Under the pieces are notes generated by a model. The model did not search any database, was not told where the DNA came from, and worked only from the letters and a program-made list of their open reading frames with translations. Shown here one piece after another: positions 62,317-64,000 of a stretch of 64,000 nucleotides of DNA. Numbering within the stretch: position 1 is the stretch's first letter; each line of letters starts with the position of its first letter. Source of the DNA: Podarcis liolepis (lineage: Eukaryota); the NCBI GenBank assembly GCA_965112155.1, contig OZ218099.1. One strand, 5' to 3'. Made by a program: the position numbers and the translations under genes.

Positions 62317-63144
62317 GTGAGAACCTTGGGATACCAAGTGAAAGATTTGGGGATTAATGCTCAAGCGGAACTCTTAGTGAAATAGAAGGCCCTGAATGGC
62401 ATGGGCACTGAATGTTTAACAGGGTAGGGACTTGCATGTATGCACACTCGGTTCCTAGTTGCTTAGGGGCTCTTTGTCAAATGTAAAACACGAGCCAGGG
62501 TGCATATGATTGTACATCAAAGCAGCAGTCACCGTGGGGTTTTCTTGCGTGCTAAAAAACCTGCCTTGCAAATAACAGAGGTGCTTGCCAATGATTAGAG
62601 ATCTGTTTCAGTTATCCATATTGCCACTCCCCACCATTGCTTCCGACTGGTTATTTGCTTCAGGAAAAATAGTTACTAGAGCTCAGCAATCCTATTTGAA
62701 TGTGTGTTTATGTTCATAGGAAGCATCCAGAGTGTTCTCCCACACACGTCTTCCCCATCCCTCTCTGCATGTTGCATCATGGGCCTCTTTCCCTTAGTAT
62801 AGGATTTGGCTCCTTCAGCCCTCTCTCCTCTTGTAATCAAGGCTCTCTGCCTGGTCCAACTACAGCTGTCAATGGCACCAACCAAGGCCAAAGTCAGGCT
62901 TCCCTCTTCAGGGATCTGCACCTAATTAGAAGCATCCCACCTTGTGAGCTGGATGCTGTCTATGGACATCTGCACCTTCAAGCCACCTTTCCATATGCCC
63001 TGTTGCGACCTAAGCTCAACAGAGAGCGGGGTTGTTGTGCTTCCTATGCGCTGTGTTCAGATAGAAAAGACTGAAAAATACTCTTGTGACTATTTCAAAA
63101 TATGAAATTCTGCTTAGGATGGGCATTTCCTGGTGACTTGTGTT

Positions 63145-63234
63145 CATAGCTGTCAACGTTTCCCTTTTTTAAAGGAAAATTCCCTTATTCCTAATAGGAT
63201 TCCTTGCAAGAAAAGGGAAAAGTTGACAGCTATG
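63145..63234. mobile_element. 90-bp hAT-type MITE in SAMD1 intron 4
   Basis: Perfect 13-bp TIR catagctgtcaac / gttgacagctatg and perfect 8-bp TSD cttgtgtt (63137-63144, 63235-63242). Confidence 0.85.
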
Positions 63235-63488
63235 CTTGTGTTGGAGGCCTAATGGGTTGATGGCCGGGTGTTAAACCAGTGGCATGAATCGTAATTGATA
63301 ATGCTTAAATATGTGTTAAAAGGACTAAGCATTCAAGATAGGCAAAAAAATGTGCATAAATTCAATCATATCCATTCCTCAACCTGGAAGCTCGTCTAGA
63401 TTTAAAGAACACTTTCCTTCTTCCCTCCAGTTCACTGAGGAGGGGGATTCCTTCTTAATACAGATCTCTACTATTGCTTTCTTACAAG

Positions 63489-63489
<1 letters not shown>

Positions 63490-63522
<33 letters not shown>
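63490..63522. repeat. (TG)n microsatellite
   Basis: Directly visible. Confidence 0.95.
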
Positions 63523-63525
<3 letters not shown>

Positions 63526-63605
63526 CTATATTCTGTCTCTTAATGGGGGGAGTCCCTGTGCCCTAAACGCCCTGTTGTTTTGTCCCTCTGTTGCTCCCGC
63601 TGCAG

Positions 63606-63764
63606 GAGATCGATGGGAAGTCTCTTCTGCTGATGCAGCGCACCGATGTCCTGACCGGCCTCTCCATCCGCCTGGGGCCTGCTCTCAAGATCTACGAGTA
63701 CCACATCAAGGTGCTGCAGCAGTGCCACTTTGAGGAGGACGAGGGCGACTCCTTCATGGGCTGA
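63606..63764 (+). CDS. SAMD1: SAMD1 exon 5 coding part (SAM domain end, stop TGA)
   Basis: tgcag| [52 protein letters not shown]. Joined CDS is 1479 nt = 492 aa. Confidence 0.96.
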   Translation, partial: EIDGKSLLLMQRTDVLTGLSIRLGPALKIYEYHIKVLQQCHFEEDEGDSFMG

Positions 63765-64000
63765 GGAGGACGGGCGCAGCTCGCGAAGGGTGTGGAGAGC
63801 TTGGGTGGGGAGAAGTGAACGGGGACTCTGCCAACCGCTACTGTCTCAAGTCATTTCAGCCTTTCTCTGCCTCCATGAAAAGAGAAGCAGCTGTGTGGGA
63901 AGGGGAAGAAGGACTTTGGCCAGATTTTTGTGAAAATGGTGGGGAGGACAGAAATGATGATCCAGGCTTTGCGGCTTCTCTACCCTGATTGTCCAGAGAT

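Overview
Vertebrate genomic DNA, most likely from a lacertid-type lizard (inferred from Squam-type SINEs, L2/CR1/L1 fragments and hAT/Tc1-mariner/Harbinger MITEs). Two intron-containing genes lie in tandem on the + strand. (1) PRKACA (PKA catalytic subunit alpha): exons 2-10 at 38076-49995, with canonical sizes and GT-AG sites, and a ~2.1 kb 3'UTR ending near AATAAA at 52059. The standard myristoylated first exon (MGN...) is not in the window, so 1-38075 is the large first intron. (2) SAMD1: a complete 5-exon CDS at 57433-63764 (492 aa, N-terminal winged helix plus C-terminal SAM domain) starting in a CpG island. The strongest hidden feature is an alternative first coding exon at 15063-15252. 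It encodes a 63-aa N-terminus homologous to that of PKA C-beta2 and splices in phase onto exon 2, giving a 399-aa non-myristoylated long C-alpha isoform. The first intron also holds weaker candidate very short first exons, one beside a MEF2 plus full CRE cluster. The kinase core carries a paired V123I/Q181E change near the hinge. No prokaryotic systems, CRISPR arrays or true tRNA/rRNA genes were found. All homology statements are from memory of known sequences, not from searches.
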